Counted from the stretch's first letter, positions 11,158 through 21,456 are shown. The stretch: DNA of 64,000 nucleotides from an uncultured delta proteobacterium (GCA_963772835.1 CAVYYZ010000015.1:31891-95890); one strand, 5' to 3'. The notes: generated from the letters alone by a model not told the origin. Numbers and translations: made by a program.

Positions 11158-12264
11158 ATGACAATGAAAGTAGGAATCGTTGGATGGCGCGGGATGGTTG
11201 GTTCGGTCCTCATGCAGCGTATGCAGGAGGAAAACGATTTTTCACTCGGCTTTGAACCGGTTTTTTTCACAACGTCCCAGACAGGACAGCCGGCACCGAT
11301 GAACGCAGGCACACTGAAGGACGCCTCGGACATCGCCGAGCTTAAGAAACTGGACGTAATTCTCACCTGTCAGGGGGGCGATTACACCAAGGCGGTTCAC
11401 CCTGAACTGCGCAGACAGGGATGGAACGGCTACTGGATCGATGCCGCCAGTACCCTGAGGATGGAATCAAATGCCGTCATAATCCTCGATCCGGTCAATC
11501 GTGGCGTGATTGATGCCGCACTGGCAAACGGAGAGAAGGATTTCATCGGCGGCAACTGCACCGTCAGCCTGATGCTGATGGCGTTGGGCGGACTGTTCCG
11601 CGCCGGAGTGGTGGAGTGGATCAGCTCCATGACCTATCAGGCGGCCTCCGGTGCAGGTGCCCCCAATATGCGTGAACTGCTGGCGCAGATGGGCACCTTG
11701 AACGGAGTTGTCGCTGAAGAGCTGAAGAACCCCGGTTCTGCAATTCTGGAGATCGACAGGAAGGTTACCGCCACTCTGCGTGACGGCTCAATGCCGACTA
11801 AAGAGTTCGGCTTCCCGCTGGCCGGAAATGTGCTCCCCTGGATCGACCGCGAAGTTGAGGACGGTCAGAGCCGTGAGGAATGGAAAGGGTTTGCAGAGAC
11901 CAACAAGATTCTTGGTACCGAGACTCCGATCCCGGTAGACGGCCTCTGTGTTCGCGTCGGTGCCATGCGCTGCCATAGCCAGGCTTTGACGATCAGACTG
12001 AACAAGGATCTGCCGATTGCCGAAATTGAAAACCTGATCAAGAACGATAACCAGTGGGTCACGTTGATCCCTAATAACAAGGCCGATTCACTGGCGGGGC
12101 TAACCCCTGCAGCGGTCTCGGGCACCCTGACTGTGCCGATCGGACGTGTTCGCAAGATGAAAATGGGTCCTCAATACGTGTCCGCCTTCACCTGTGGCGA
12201 TCAGCTCCTGTGGGGAGCAGCGGAACCACTCAGAAGAATGCTGCGCATTCTGCTTGAAAAGTAA
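11158..12264 (+). CDS. asd: Aspartate-semialdehyde dehydrogenase
   Basis: [39 protein letters not shown]. Confidence 0.97.
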   Translation: MTMKVGIVGWRGMVGSVLMQRMQEENDFSLGFEPVFFTTSQTGQPAPMNAGTLKDASDIAELKKLDVILTCQGGDYTKAVHPELRRQGWNGYWIDAASTLRMESNAVIILDPVNRGVIDAALANGEKDFIGGNCTVSLMLMALGGLFRAGVVEWISSMTYQAASGAGAPNMRELLAQMGTLNGVVAEELKNPGSAILEIDRKVTATLRDGSMPTKEFGFPLAGNVLPWIDREVEDGQSREEWKGFAETNKILGTETPIPVDGLCVRVGAMRCHSQALTIRLNKDLPIAEIENLIKNDNQWVTLIPNNKADSLAGLTPAAVSGTLTVPIGRVRKMKMGPQYVSAFTCGDQLLWGAAEPLRRMLRILLEK

Positions 12265-12295
12265 CCGTGATTTACTGAATTTATTGTATGGAGTT

Positions 12296-12323
12296 AGCGC
12301 CCCGTTCGGGGCGCTTTCTATTT
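12296..12323 (+). terminator. Intrinsic terminator-like hairpin after asd
   Basis: AGCGCCCC-GTTC-GGGGCGCT followed by T-rich tract. Confidence 0.6.
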
Positions 12324-12334
12324 GAGGTAACCTG

Positions 12335-14746
12335 ATGAAAGAACCGCACGTTAAACCGGAACTCCTTGCCCCTGCCGGCTCACTTGAATCCTTCTTCGCC
12401 GCCATTGAGAAAGGAGCCGATGCCGTGTATGCAGGTCTGCAGGATTTTTCGGCCCGCGCCCGCGCCAAAAACTTCACCCTGGCACAAATGGAGCGCATGC
12501 TTTCCTACGCCCATGGGCAGAACCGGCGCATGTACATCACCCTCAACACCCTTGTTAAAGAGAAAGAGCTGCCGCAGCTGGTTGATACGCTGGCGGCTCT
12601 GGCGGGGATGCGGGTCGATGGTGTCATTTTGCAGGATCTCGCGGTGGCACGACTGATTCGAAACCACTTCCCCTCGATTCCGCTGCATGCTTCAACACAG
12701 ATGACAATTCACAACACGCCGGGCGTCAGAATGCTTGAGGAGCTTGGTTTCCAGCGAGCCGTTCTGGCGCGCGAGCTGGCGGTCGATGAAATTGCCGTCA
12801 TAGCCGCTGCTACGCCGGTTGAGATCGAATGTTTCGTCCATGGTGCACTCTGTTTTTCTATCTCCGGGCAATGTTTTTTCTCTTCACTGCTTGGTGGTCA
12901 CAGCGGCAATCGCGGCCGTTGCGCCCAGCCATGCCGGCGCCTGTACAACCATCGCGGCAAGGAAGGGCATTACTTCTCCACGAGCGACCTGTCTGCAATA
13001 GATATGATCCCGGATCTGGTCAAAGCCGGGGTAACGTCACTCAAGATTGAGGGGAGGATGAAATCCGCCGAGTATGTCGCCTCTGTCGTCGAGGCGTACC
13101 GCACCGTGCTGGATGCCCCGGAAAAGTCCCTCAAGGAGGCGTTGATGACGGCCAAGGGGATCTTGAAATATTCTTTCGGCCGCACTCCGACCAAGGGGTT
13201 TCTGGCGTCACAGCAGCCCGATGATATCGCCAACCCGTGGCAGAAGGGTGGCACCGGGCGCTATATCGGCCAGATAAAAAGCATCAAAGTAAAGATTCTG
13301 ACTTTTGATACCAGGGATGCTCTTTTCGTGGGAGACCGTTTGCGGGCACAACCAAAAAGCGACATGGCCGGTCAGGCCTGGACGCTGCGCGAGATGACTG
13401 TCAATCGGAAGAAGACCATGGAAGCTCCGGCGGGAAGCACGGTTGAGGTCGAGACACCCTTCAGCTTCTCGATCGGAGATTCGATCTATAAGGTCTCCTC
13501 CCGGGAGGCGTATACCTTGAGTGACAATGCCTGTCTGCGCAGGCTGGAAGGCGGGCAGGAAGACCGGCTCCCCTGCCGTCTCAAACTGAAATTGACCCCT
13601 TCCCCTTTGACTGATTCTCCGGAGGCCAAAGATACGGGAGTTGTTCTCCACATCTCTGCCGAAGTCGGCGGATCGAGCCATGAGTTCAGCTTCCCGCTCG
13701 GCCAGCTGGACCCGGCCCGCAGTGGCGACATGCAGGCGGTTCTGACCGGACAGTTTTCGAAATGCGGCGATACACCGTTCAAACTTGAGTCGTTGGAGGC
13801 GCGCGATTTTCCCGCCGTGCTGATTCCTTCGGCCTTGTTCAAGGATCTGCGCCGCCGTTTTTATCAGCAGTTATCCGAAGCATCTTCGTCAGTTCTCCGC
13901 GAACAGATTTCAACCGCCCGCCGGGAGGCCCTTCGGGAATTGGATAGTGTAAGAAATTTCCCTCAGCGGTCTGTACCCCAGGAGACATTGACAATTGTCG
14001 TAAATGAACCGAAAGAGTGGCGTTTTCCGCTTCAAAACGGTGCCGACGCAACATTGCTGCCACTTTCAAAAGCAGCGATACACCAGATTTCAACGGTAGT
14101 TCCACGTATGCGGGGTTCGGAGGAACAGATAATCTGGCAGTTCCCCTTCATACTCTTTGATCGCGACGTGCCACTGTATCGTGACGCACTTCGCAGCTTG
14201 TACAGAGCCGGTTTCCGCCGTTTCGAGGCGGCCAACCTGTCGCATTTTGAACTGCTGCGTGGACTTGAGGATCTTCATATTTCGACCTGGCACCGCTGTT
14301 TTTCGCTCAACAGTCAGGCTCTGGCTGCCTGGCGGGACCTCGGCGCCGAAGCGGCAACTCTCTATCTGGAGGACGATAGTGCCAATCTTGCCGGGTTGCT
14401 GACGGCCGGAGTTGACATCGAAAAACGACTGCTGGTCTATTCACCCCTGCCGGTTATGACAACCAAGATCCACATCAAAGACGTGCATGCCAATACTCCG
14501 CTTCGTTCAGACCGAGGGGAGACCTATCGTGTCACAACCCATGACGGTCTTCAGACAATCAGCTCAGCCATGCCGTTTTCGCTGACTTCCCGGCACGCTG
14601 AATTACGCCAGAAAAGGTGCAGCTCATTTGTGATGGATCTGAGTGAAGAACCACGCGAGAGATGGGGTGAAATCATATCCGCGTTCAAATCAGGTCGGGA
14701 ACTGACCGGAACCACCGAATTCAATTACGCCGGGGAACTGATCTGA
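12335..14746 (+). CDS. Peptidase U32-family Fe-S protein (RlhA-like RNA hydroxylation protein, long form)
   Basis: PELLAPAG, HASTQMTIHN, HGALCFSISGQC...NRGRCAQPCR Cys cluster, SLKIEGRMK. Confidence 0.85.
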   Translation: MKEPHVKPELLAPAGSLESFFAAIEKGADAVYAGLQDFSARARAKNFTLAQMERMLSYAHGQNRRMYITLNTLVKEKELPQLVDTLAALAGMRVDGVILQDLAVARLIRNHFPSIPLHASTQMTIHNTPGVRMLEELGFQRAVLARELAVDEIAVIAAATPVEIECFVHGALCFSISGQCFFSSLLGGHSGNRGRCAQPCRRLYNHRGKEGHYFSTSDLSAIDMIPDLVKAGVTSLKIEGRMKSAEYVASVVEAYRTVLDAPEKSLKEALMTAKGILKYSFGRTPTKGFLASQQPDDIANPWQKGGTGRYIGQIKSIKVKILTFDTRDALFVGDRLRAQPKSDMAGQAWTLREMTVNRKKTMEAPAGSTVEVETPFSFSIGDSIYKVSSREAYTLSDNACLRRLEGGQEDRLPCRLKLKLTPSPLTDSPEAKDTGVVLHISAEVGGSSHEFSFPLGQLDPARSGDMQAVLTGQFSKCGDTPFKLESLEARDFPAVLIPSALFKDLRRRFYQQLSEASSSVLREQISTARREALRELDSVRNFPQRSVPQETLTIVVNEPKEWRFPLQNGADATLLPLSKAAIHQISTVVPRMRGSEEQIIWQFPFILFDRDVPLYRDALRSLYRAGFRRFEAANLSHFELLRGLEDLHISTWHRCFSLNSQALAAWRDLGAEAATLYLEDDSANLAGLLTAGVDIEKRLLVYSPLPVMTTKIHIKDVHANTPLRSDRGETYRVTTHDGLQTISSAMPFSLTSRHAELRQKRCSSFVMDLSEEPRERWGEIISAFKSGRELTGTTEFNYAGELI

Positions 14747-15274
14747 ATGAGGATCGGCCTTATAATAATTCTGCAGATTCTGCTTCTGTCAGGTGTCGCC
14801 GGCGCCGGCAAAGAAGTTCAGGGCACGGTGATCGCTGTCTATGATGGAGATACCGTGTTGCTGACAACCCGCGGGGAGAGTCGCCTGAAAGCGCGGCTTT
14901 ACGGCATCGACGCCCCCGAGACGAAGAAACCTGACAACCCGGGGCAGCGTTTCGGCGATATATCGAAGCGGACGCTGATGCACAAGATCATGGGGAGGCG
15001 GGTCACTGCAGAAATTATAGACGTTGATCAGTACAAACGTGCTGTAGTGGTCATCCGGTACGAGGGTCGGGACATCAATCAGGAGATGGTGGCAGAGGGT
15101 ATGGCGTGGGCCTACCGGCATTATCTGCAGGGGGCATATGCTTCCGAGTATATCGGAGCCGAAAGTCTGGCCCGTTCCCGTCATGCAGGGCTCTGGGCAG
15201 AGTCGAACCCGCAGCCCCCATGGGAGTTCAGAAACAGATTGAAAAGGGGAGGGGCCCGTTCACATCGCTGGTGA
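14747..15274 (+). CDS. Thermonuclease (SNase-like) family secreted nuclease
   Basis: Signal peptide; VYDGDT, RLYGIDAPE, DQYKR, GMAWAY, GLW...PWEFR. Confidence 0.9.
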   Translation: MRIGLIIILQILLLSGVAGAGKEVQGTVIAVYDGDTVLLTTRGESRLKARLYGIDAPETKKPDNPGQRFGDISKRTLMHKIMGRRVTAEIIDVDQYKRAVVVIRYEGRDINQEMVAEGMAWAYRHYLQGAYASEYIGAESLARSRHAGLWAESNPQPPWEFRNRLKRGGARSHRW

Positions 15275-15301
15275 CTACAGGTGATAGGAAGTACATCTAC
15301 A

Positions 15302-16123
15302 TCAGCGGCGGTATTTTTTTGTCATATCAAGGATGTGTCTGACGCGGGAAACAACCCGTACCGGTTGAACCGGTTTGGGGATAAAATCGCTGAAACCGAA
15401 TTCCAGAGCCTTCTGTTCGTCTTCAGTCGATGCTTTGGAGGTCAGCATAATAACAGGAATTTCAGAGGTCATCGGATTTGCTTTTAAGGCCCGCAGCAGG
15501 CCGAAACCGTCCATGCGCGGCATGACCGAATCGGTGATAATGAGCATCGGGCGTTCAGAAATAGCCATTTTCAGTGCTTCAAGTCCATCAACCGCCCGCA
15601 GGACCTTATACCCTTCCTTAACAAGTGCCGCCTGGATGATAGTTGCAATAGGCGTTGAGTCCTCCACCACCAGAATAGCCTCCCCACCCTCGGAACTGCT
15701 CTTCAAGTAATGCACTGATATCGCGTCCAGAATCTCTTTGCGGGTGGCAAGCACCGGAACGACCTGCAGTCCGGAAATACGACTCAGTGTTTCCATTGTT
15801 TCCAGATCAAAGGGGTCGGTGATTGCCACAGCCAGCATGGAATCTTTTTGTTTAAGGGGGAAAACCAGCTTCTTCATCGCGAAATCCGACGGCAGCAGGT
15901 CGAGTAGCTCCTGGGAATAGGTATGTCCGACAAAATTTTTGATCACCTTGAATTTGAACTGTTTGGACAGTGCGTCGACCAGTTCCTCTTCGGTAATGAC
16001 CCCCATTTCTTCAAGCACAGCGCCCAGACGTTTTTTTTCGGATTTCTGGCGTACTAACGCCCGTTCGAGAGTTTTGTTGCTGATTATATCAGCCTCTACC
16101 AGTAAATCACCCAAATGCTTCAT
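15302..16123 (-). CDS. MshEN/T2SSE_N domain fused to a REC domain
   Basis: Tandem (R/H)LGxxL...ALxxQ motifs, AVAITDP, then REC (ILVVED, DSVMPRMDG, IPKP). Confidence 0.85.
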   Translation of the reverse strand: MKHLGDLLVEADIISNKTLERALVRQKSEKKRLGAVLEEMGVITEEELVDALSKQFKFKVIKNFVGHTYSQELLDLLPSDFAMKKLVFPLKQKDSMLAVAITDPFDLETMETLSRISGLQVVPVLATRKEILDAISVHYLKSSSEGGEAILVVEDSTPIATIIQAALVKEGYKVLRAVDGLEALKMAISERPMLIITDSVMPRMDGFGLLRALKANPMTSEIPVIMLTSKASTEDEQKALEFGFSDFIPKPVQPVRVVSRVRHILDMTKKYRR

Positions 16124-16248
16124 ATAATCCCGCCCTCAATGTACAATCAATCCAATCCGGAGTGGTTGTACCATAAATCTCCGGCTCACCTATAGCATTT
16201 TCAAGCGAACACCGCAATAATTCAGGGGCAACGGGCCAATCGGGTAAT

Positions 16249-16282
16249 AAAAAAGGCCCGAAAGAATCTCTTCCGGGCCTTT
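16249..16282 (-). terminator. Intrinsic terminator after rpmA
   Basis: AAAGGCCCG...CGGGCCTTT stem with A-run on + strand (U-tract on -). Confidence 0.7.
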
Positions 16283-16303
16283 GAATGAGTTATAAGGTGA
16301 GCA

Positions 16304-16558
16304 TTAGTTCGGGTATACTGAAACCTTTTTGCGGTCTTTACCGAGGCGCTCGAATGCGACAACACCTTCGATCAGGGCAAAAAGGGTGTAATCTTTGCCG
16401 CAGCCGACGTTGTTGCCGGGGTGGATCTGTGTGCCGCGCTGACGATAAATGATGTTGCCGGCTTTTACGCTTTCCCCGCCGAATTTTTTGCATCCGAGGC
16501 GCTGTCCGCCTGAATCTCTGCCGTTCCTCGAACTACCACCAGCTTTTTTATGTGCCAT
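16304..16558 (-). CDS. rpmA: 50S ribosomal protein L27
   Basis: [16 protein letters not shown]...[10 protein letters not shown]. Confidence 0.98.
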   Translation of the reverse strand: MAHKKAGGSSRNGRDSGGQRLGCKKFGGESVKAGNIIYRQRGTQIHPGNNVGCGKDYTLFALIEGVVAFERLGKDRKKVSVYPN

Positions 16559-16601
16559 TTCCGTATCTCCCGGGAAAAATATTTATACTAATTTTGCTCG
16601 A

Positions 16602-16910
16602 TTATGCCGTAATCTTTTCGATCTTGAGAACGGTCAGATGCTGACGATGACCGCGCAGCTTTCGTGAATCTTTACGGCGCTTGGATTTGAATACGAGGAC
16701 CTTTTTGCCTTTGCCCTGAACGGCAATTTTGGCTGTTACAGAAGCTCCGGCTACAAGCGGCGCGCCCACAACGGTCTTTTCTCCACCCACCATGAGTATT
16801 TCAGCGAATTCTATACTGTCGCCGATTTCACCCTCAAGTTTTTCAACCTTGAGAAATTCACCTTCGGTAACTTTGTACTGCTTTCCACCTGTTTTGATAA
16901 CTGCGTACAT
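16602..16910 (-). CDS. rplU: 50S ribosomal protein L21
   Basis: [14 protein letters not shown]...GHRQ. Confidence 0.98.
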   Translation of the reverse strand: MYAVIKTGGKQYKVTEGEFLKVEKLEGEIGDSIEFAEILMVGGEKTVVGAPLVAGASVTAKIAVQGKGKKVLVFKSKRRKDSRKLRGHRQHLTVLKIEKITA

Positions 16911-17047
16911 AATACCATCTCCATCCGCTTTCTGATTTTTAAAGAGTTTTGGAATATAGATACATGAGCCTTACAAGTCAAGCAGAAAATTGCACACGTA
17001 AATATAATATGCTCCGCACGTCAGGAATGCCAGGTTTGAGCGGGCCA

Positions 17048-18121
17048 TTATTCTCCGGGGAGGTCACCGAACAGTTCATCAAATATGGCCTTAACGGTTG
17101 TGATCCGCTCGGATTTCCATGCGTTTGTACCGCAAAAAACCAGGCCGGTCTCTACATCACCTCGCTGGGCACGATCAAGGGCGGTAACAATACAGAAGCG
17201 CTCACCCGACTCCTTGTAAGAGCATTTTTTCAGGCAGCCCATCCTGCATGGGGTATGGTGATCAAGATCGTACTGGCGAATGTTCTCCTTATTGTTCAAA
17301 ATAGCCCGCCCCGGCAGGCCGGCAGGGCTCATAATCAGACCGATATCCTCTTCGGTGCATTCAATATAGCGCTGCTTGAACTCGTCACTGGCATCACACT
17401 CCTCGGTACAGACGAAACGACTCGCCATCTGAACACCATCAGCTCCTTCAGCAAGCGCATGCTCAAGGTCTGCCCGGTCCCAGACGCCACCGGCGGCAAT
17501 AACCGGTATATCTGCGCCGCATTCATCGCGAAAAAAAGCTTTAATTTCACGTACCGTCGCGTACTGGTCATACACACCGATACCGATATTTTCCATTTTT
17601 TCACCCAGATGCCCGCCTGCGGTGTCCGGGTCTTCCACCACCACCGCATCCGGCAACCGGTTGTAGGTTTTCCGCCACTTCCGCACGATGAGCTGGGCGG
17701 CACGCAGTGACGAGACAATTGGTACCAGAGCCACATCGGGATGATCGGACGTGAGTTCCGGCAGCCCCATCGGGAGGCCTGCGCCACAGACAATTACCTT
17801 GGCGCCCCCTTCGATTGCAGCTTTGACAAGTGGCTCAAAATCGGAGAGCGCAACCATAACATTGACGCCGATAACACCGTCGGGAGCAATTTCGTAGGCC
17901 TTGCGCAACTCGGCTTTAAAGGCATCGGCCTCAGCCTGGAAAAAGTTTTTGCCATTATAGAGGCCGCTGTTGAGAGCAATGCCGGCGGCGGCAACCAGAC
18001 CGACTCCACCGTTTTTAGCAACGGTGCCGGCCAACCGGCCGGCAGATATCCGTACACCCATACCTCCCTGGATAAGGGGATAGCGAACAGTATGCTTTCC
18101 AATTTTCAGCGGCTGTGCCAT
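17048..18121 (-). CDS. Nitronate monooxygenase/FabK-like FMN-dependent oxidoreductase
   Basis: PLIQGGMGV, AGGHLG, VIAAGG, GVQMASRF; C-terminal Cys cluster; RBS GGAGG before ATG 18121. Confidence 0.85.
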   Translation of the reverse strand: MAQPLKIGKHTVRYPLIQGGMGVRISAGRLAGTVAKNGGVGLVAAAGIALNSGLYNGKNFFQAEADAFKAELRKAYEIAPDGVIGVNVMVALSDFEPLVKAAIEGGAKVIVCGAGLPMGLPELTSDHPDVALVPIVSSLRAAQLIVRKWRKTYNRLPDAVVVEDPDTAGGHLGEKMENIGIGVYDQYATVREIKAFFRDECGADIPVIAAGGVWDRADLEHALAEGADGVQMASRFVCTEECDASDEFKQRYIECTEEDIGLIMSPAGLPGRAILNNKENIRQYDLDHHTPCRMGCLKKCSYKESGERFCIVTALDRAQRGDVETGLVFCGTNAWKSERITTVKAIFDELFGDLPGE

Positions 18122-18294
18122 AATTCCTCCGGCTGTTAATTTTTGCCGCATCATAGCAAGGCTCTGCAATAGTGAATGTAATAGTTTTGTAAAATGAACC
18201 GGGGCTCCTTCAGATTGTACATGAATGTTTTTTCTGGACTTGTTGCACCGTTTTCACTAAAATTCACTAGTTTATTCATAATCGGGAGTTGCCA

Positions 18295-18651
18295 ATGGAT
18301 CAGGAAAAACTGGATTTTTTCAAAAACATTCTCTATGAAGAAATGAGAACATTACAGGGCGAAGCCGGCAAGACTGTAACGGAGATGACCACGGACGCTT
18401 TGAATTTTCCTGACCCCACCGACCGTGCCACGCAGGAATCTGATCGTAACTTCGAGTTGCGGATCAGAGACCGTGAGCGAAAACTGATCAATAAAATTAA
18501 AGATGCTCTCGATCGTATTGAATCTAAAGATTTCGGCATTTGTGACGATTGCGGCGAGGAAATCGGCGAAGCCCGCCTGAAGGCGAGACCGGTAACAACC
18601 CAGTGTATCGACTGCAAGATGGCGGCCGAGGAAAAGGAACGTCGGGTATAA
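18295..18651 (+). CDS. dksA: RNA polymerase-binding protein DksA
   Basis: DPTDRATQE coiled-coil tip, RDRERKLI, C4 zinc finger CDDC...CIDC. Confidence 0.95.
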   Translation: MDQEKLDFFKNILYEEMRTLQGEAGKTVTEMTTDALNFPDPTDRATQESDRNFELRIRDRERKLINKIKDALDRIESKDFGICDDCGEEIGEARLKARPVTTQCIDCKMAAEEKERRV

Positions 18652-18688
18652 TTCCAATCTCCGCTCTTGACTGCGTGCAGGATCAGAT

Positions 18689-20077
18689 ATGAATAGTAAT
18701 GATTCTCCAGAGTATCCTGAAAACAATACTGCACTGTCTGAATTGACTCTTCTGTATCAGTTCAGCAATACAATTCTTTCCACAATCCGTCTCAACAAAC
18801 TCATACACCTCATTCTTACCGCTATAACCACACCATCTTCCAACCTGTTTGAACGCGCTATTCTGTTTCTGCGTAACGAAAAAACAGACGTACTTCAGGG
18901 CATGCTGGCAGTGTCCCGCCAACTTTCTGAGGGTCTGGAGATTGTCGGAGGAAAGGATGCTCTCGGGAGTCGATGGGAAATAAGTGATGAAATAATTTCC
19001 CAGCAGCGTTCAACTGAATTTTGTTCGCAGGTCCGCATGACGCGCATTGAAATAAATGATTCCTGCCCTCTCCTGCATCAGATCGTTTCAGAGCGGGCTC
19101 TCTGTCACTCCGATGAGACCGTTTGCCAAAAATGTACGGAGTGCCACTTTATTAAACTGCTCTGCGGCGGTGAATTTGCAGCGGTCCCCCTTGTTGCCCG
19201 CGAAAAGACAATAGGCATGATCGTCGTCGACAATCCTGATTCCGACCGTGAGATATCAAATGACCGTCTTCATTTTCTGCAACACTTTGCCAACCAGGCC
19301 GGCATGGCCATTGAAAATTCGACGCTCTACAGCCGCATCGAAGATGCCCATTTAAACCTGCAGGATGCCCGGGAACGACTGCTGCACGGCGGACGTCTTG
19401 CCGCCATCGGCGAGATGGCGGCAAGCCTGGCCCACGAGCTGAAAAACCCGCTTATCACCATCGGAGGCTTCGCCGGACGACTGCTCAAGTCACTTCCTTC
19501 TGAAGCACGGGAACACAAGTATGCCGAAACCATTGTCTCGGAAGTCGGCAGGCTGGAGAAAATGCTGGCTGATATCCTGGCGTTTTCCCGGAAGCCGACC
19601 ATCTGCTTCAGCGCCTGCGACCTGGAGGAAATTATACTGGATTGCCTTGCAAGCGGCATTACCACCTTTGAGGACCATAACATACTGATTACATTTTCCC
19701 GGGACTGCGGTCCCTGGAAAGTTTTTGGAGATGCCCACCAGCTGAAACAGGTTTTTCTTAACCTGATACTGAACTCCTGTGATGCCATGCCGGAAGGGGG
19801 GGAACTGGCGCTGACTCTGAAAAACACCGCAAACGGCGGGAATACGGTTATTGTCGCCGTTGAGGACACCGGCGGGGGAGTTCCGAAGGAGATGCAGTCG
19901 CAAATCTTCAACCCTTTTTTCACAACCAAACATCATGGCACCGGTCTTGGACTCGCGATTGCGAACCGAATTATTCTCAATCACTTCGGATCTATAGAAG
20001 TGCAAAACACCGATCTGGGTGCCGTGTTTACCGTAACATTGCCGTTGGCAGAACATGCGGACCGTGATAAATTGTGA
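18689..20077 (+). CDS. Cytoplasmic GAF-domain sensor histidine kinase
   Basis: GAF (AVPLVAREKTIGMIVVDN), H-box AHELKNPL, N-box QVFLNLILNS, G-boxes DTGGG and GTGLGL; no TM. Confidence 0.9.
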   Translation: MNSNDSPEYPENNTALSELTLLYQFSNTILSTIRLNKLIHLILTAITTPSSNLFERAILFLRNEKTDVLQGMLAVSRQLSEGLEIVGGKDALGSRWEISDEIISQQRSTEFCSQVRMTRIEINDSCPLLHQIVSERALCHSDETVCQKCTECHFIKLLCGGEFAAVPLVAREKTIGMIVVDNPDSDREISNDRLHFLQHFANQAGMAIENSTLYSRIEDAHLNLQDARERLLHGGRLAAIGEMAASLAHELKNPLITIGGFAGRLLKSLPSEAREHKYAETIVSEVGRLEKMLADILAFSRKPTICFSACDLEEIILDCLASGITTFEDHNILITFSRDCGPWKVFGDAHQLKQVFLNLILNSCDAMPEGGELALTLKNTANGGNTVIVAVEDTGGGVPKEMQSQIFNPFFTTKHHGTGLGLAIANRIILNHFGSIEVQNTDLGAVFTVTLPLAEHADRDKL

Positions 20078-20164
20078 TAGATTCGTTCACGACATCATTT
20101 TCTGGCGAACCTGAAAAGCACACTGAGAACGATCGTAAACAAATGCTGACATGCTGGATTTAGT

Positions 20165-20240
20165 GGGGCTGTAGCTCAGCTGGGAGAGCGATGCGTTCGC
20201 AACGCATAGGTCGAGAGTTCGATCCTCTTCAGCTCCACCA
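20165..20240 (+). tRNA. tRNA-Ala (anticodon CGC)
   Basis: GGGGCTGTAGCTCAGCTGGGAGAGCG...anticodon arm ATGCG-TTCGCAA-CGCAT...GTTCGATCC...CTCCACCA, 76 nt. Confidence 0.96.
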
Positions 20241-20251
20241 ATACAAACAGA

Positions 20252-20277
20252 GGGGTTAGAGAATTTCTCTAGCCCCC
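20252..20277 (+). terminator. Hairpin downstream of tRNA-Ala
   Basis: GGGGTTAGAGA-ATT-TCTCTAGCCCC then ATTGTTTT. Confidence 0.55.
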
Positions 20278-20487
20278 ATTGTTTTGCAATTAATTGCCAT
20301 GCGGCAAATATGCGGCATGAGAAGTATACTTTGTTCCAGCCTACAACTTTCAAGCAACACCTGAATTTATGGGCTTTTTGAGGCTCTTTGAATCGTTTAT
20401 GAGTGTAAGTGTAGTGTGACTACTGGTGGTGGCTTTGGCGGGCTGTTTTGACGGTTGAAACTTGTTATTTGAACAGATGAGGATGCC

Positions 20488-20622
20488 CTATTTACCCTGA
20501 TATGCTTCAGAGTGTCCCTTATGCTCCTCAAAGTTCCTGATGTATCTTTCCACAAGCGGCTTGTTCCCCTTCATCACTAAAAGGTTTTCAGCGTTCTTTT
20601 CTTCCGCCGCCTTGGTAAAATT
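20488..20622 (-). pseudogene. C-terminal remnant of a Nuc-like phospholipase D-family endonuclease
   Basis: Manual translation NFTKAAEEKNAENLLVMKGNKPLVERYIRNFEEHKGHSEAYQGK* matches the (GSx)NFT..A...N.EN tail of PLD nucleases; 5' part with HKD motif absent. Confidence 0.7.
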
Positions 20623-21337
20623 AGCTTGATAAATATATCTCCTCTAAGAACTCAACCAAATGATCCAATGCACCATAAGCAAAACGCCTCTCAACTGTCT
20701 TTGCCTTATGTAAAATATCGTTCGCACATCCTATTATTTTCTTGGCTCTATAATATGCGCCTTTACTTATTGCACTGCTTGTTTTCGCTTTGTCAAGCAG
20801 CATAGAAAAACATATCTTCTCGGTTTCTAAAATCGATAATTTATCCTTCAAGACTATTTCTAATACTGTACGTGACAATGCAACACATGCACTGTATTGA
20901 CCATATACGTAGCAAAATCTAGCTTCATTGCATATGTCTTTTAAGCCATTAGGTATATGTGTTCCTTTCTTTACATAAGGTGGCTTCAGGTCATAATAAT
21001 TAGCCAGAAAGGTTCCTCTGTCTAAAATTCCGCCGTTCTCATGTAAATCCAGAATTTTATCTTGATGACTTTTCCACAGATCACCTATGTTATATTGTTC
21101 ACGCATCTGTTGAACAATATCTTTTAGAAACGGATATTCAATTTCCCTTATCTCTATTCTATCGGTCTCGATCCATACTTCAATAAAATCCTCCATAAAT
21201 TTTTCTCTGAGTTTCAGTAGTTCTGACTTATCTTCTGCTGAAACATGGATTTCACCATCAGTCATTTTCGCAATTTTTACGTCTAACTCCGATATTTCAT
21301 GGGCTGTTTGAAGCAATTTCAGGTCGAAGTCATTCAT
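20621..21337 (-). CDS. DUF4145 (HEPN-like) domain protein
   Basis: C-terminal EARFCYVYGQYSACVALSRTVLE...ANDILH pattern; RBS GGAGG before ATG 21337; AT-rich. Confidence 0.65.
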   Translation of the reverse strand: MNDFDLKLLQTAHEISELDVKIAKMTDGEIHVSAEDKSELLKLREKFMEDFIEVWIETDRIEIREIEYPFLKDIVQQMREQYNIGDLWKSHQDKILDLHENGGILDRGTFLANYYDLKPPYVKKGTHIPNGLKDICNEARFCYVYGQYSACVALSRTVLEIVLKDKLSILETEKICFSMLLDKAKTSSAISKGAYYRAKKIIGCANDILHKAKTVERRFAYGALDHLVEFLEEIYLSS

Positions 21338-21456
21338 AATATCCTCCACATATTATCCTATTGGATGGCAAGATTATCTCTTAGCTGTCCGAGACAAATA
21401 GAAACCGCTATAAATGAGTGTGTAGATGTCTTATCGTAGATAGGTTTTGCTGTAGA

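Noticed and set aside
19133..19147. CTECH as a c-type heme site
   Set aside because: Protein lacks any export signal, so covalent heme attachment is unlikely; kept only as a Cys cluster
20087..20353. 88-aa minus-strand ORF
   Set aside because: Antisense shadow of tRNA-Ala
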